DNA of 63,618 bases, the filler included, from Octopus bimaculoides (lineage: Eukaryota): assembly GCF_001194135.2 (NCBI RefSeq). It is 11 parts of 10 records of this genome, joined end to end, with 100 filler letters (N's around TTAATTAATTAA, not from the genome) between each part and the next. Parts side by side here need not be neighbours in the genome. Positions count along the whole stretch, not along the records: positions 62,482 to 63,618 come from NC_068992.1; 10 more parts are not named here. One strand, written 5' to 3'. The position numbers and the translations under genes were made by a program. Under the pieces are notes generated by a model. That model had not been told where the DNA came from. It ran no database searches and was given only the letters and a program-made list of their open reading frames with translations. Positions 62,482 to 63,618 of this stretch are shown one piece after another; position 1 is the first letter of the stretch; each line of letters begins with the position of its first letter.

Positions 62482-63154
62482 GGTTTCATCCAATCCAAAT
62501 GTTTCATCTTTCACATCAAGGTTATCAGCAGTGCACATCATTGCTATTGGTATTACTGGTATTGGTAGAATAAACACTGAGAGTGTGCTTATATATATAT
62601 GCGTGTATGCGTATATATATTATACATATATGTGTATACATTAATATGTATGTAAACGTGTGCCTACGTATGTATATGAATGCATATATGTACATGTATC
62701 TACGCACATACATGCATACACAAACATACATATATTTATTGACTTAAATGNNNNNNNNNNTATATAATATTTAGAAGATTATAAGCAGACAAAATAACAT
62801 TGAAAATCAATAAGTTATTTTCAATAGATTCCTATTGAAAATGTACATTAACGTAATGTGTCCAATGCTAATGTATGTTCTTACTGCAAAAAGTTACATT
62901 ACTCTCTATTATTATTCTGAATGATCTTCAAGTGGTATAGGGCCTGTCATAGCTGGCAAGATATTGTCTGCTCTATGAGGAAAATGATATTTGCGTAGAA
63001 TGCGTTTAGATTTTGTGTATTTCAATGTAAAGTGTAAAGTAGATATGTAGAACTGAACAACAACAAAAAAAAATCAACTGTAATGTTTAATCTTTTAAGA
63101 CATAGGTTCTGTGGATGTGCATGTCTGTGTTTAATGTGAAGATGTATGTGTATG

Positions 63155-63210
<56 letters not shown>

Positions 63211-63604
63211 CATACATATATACAAGCAAGCATACATGTATATGTTTATGATTAAAATGGGTGGCACCAACAATGCTTATATTACTGCACCCTTTTCTTT
63301 TTCTTGGACATGGTGCTTGAAAAATGAGGGAAACTAATTCCATAATCACTTAATGGTTTCATCCAATCCAAATGTTTCATCTTTCACATCAAGGTTATCA
63401 GCAGTGCACATCATTGCTATTGGTATTACTGGTATTGGTAGAATAAACACTGAGAGTGTGCTTATATATATATATTATACATATATGTGTATATATTAAT
63501 ATGTATGTAAACGTGTGCCTACGCATGTATATGAATGCATATATGTACATGTATTTACGCACATACATGCATACACAAACATACATATATTTATTGACTA
63601 AAAT
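62482..63604 (+). repeat. Direct duplication of about 260 bp (62482-62750 and 63355-63604)
   Basis: Near-identical copies differing by about 4 substitutions and one short indel; the first copy sits between two gaps. Confidence 0.9.
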
Positions 63605-63618
63605 GTATTTGTACACAC

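Noticed and set aside
1775-63616. Many ORFs rich in CVCV, YIYI, THTH or LSLS
   Set aside because: Translations of dinucleotide and tetranucleotide microsatellites.
1-63618. CRISPR array, rRNA, snRNA, operon or other prokaryotic/viral system
   Set aside because: No repeat-spacer structure, no recognisable rRNA/snRNA sequence and no gene-dense block; the window is animal intronic/intergenic DNA.

Overview
AT-rich eukaryotic genomic DNA, almost certainly cephalopod and probably an Octopus draft assembly. That assignment is inferred from the SINE/LINE types, the very dense microsatellites and the scaffolding style. The window is mostly intronic or intergenic: many N-gaps, dozens of di/tri/tetranucleotide repeats and a crowded mobilome. 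The mobilome includes four tRNA-derived SINE families, RTE, CR1/L2, L1/Tx1 and R4/Dong LINE relics, mariner/Tc1 relics and a Tigger-like MITE. Most long ORFs in the supplied track are artefacts of N-runs or simple repeats. The best-supported host features are one intact tRNA-Asp(GTC) at 32892-32963 (-) and a probable large low-complexity (polyN/polyQ/polyP) coding exon at 46798-47633 (-) of an unidentified gene. I found no complete novel system. The leads most worth checking are two degenerate Penelope-type minimal hammerhead ribozyme motifs (28.2 and 37.8 kb), a CCCH-like exon candidate overlapping two DR1 nuclear-receptor motifs (29.2 kb), a duplicated Asp-rich tract (40.6-42.7 kb), a candidate promoter/first exon (6.6 kb) and a 30-bp-arm hairpin (34.9 kb). 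Family names come from motif recognition, not database searches, and repeat boundaries are approximate.
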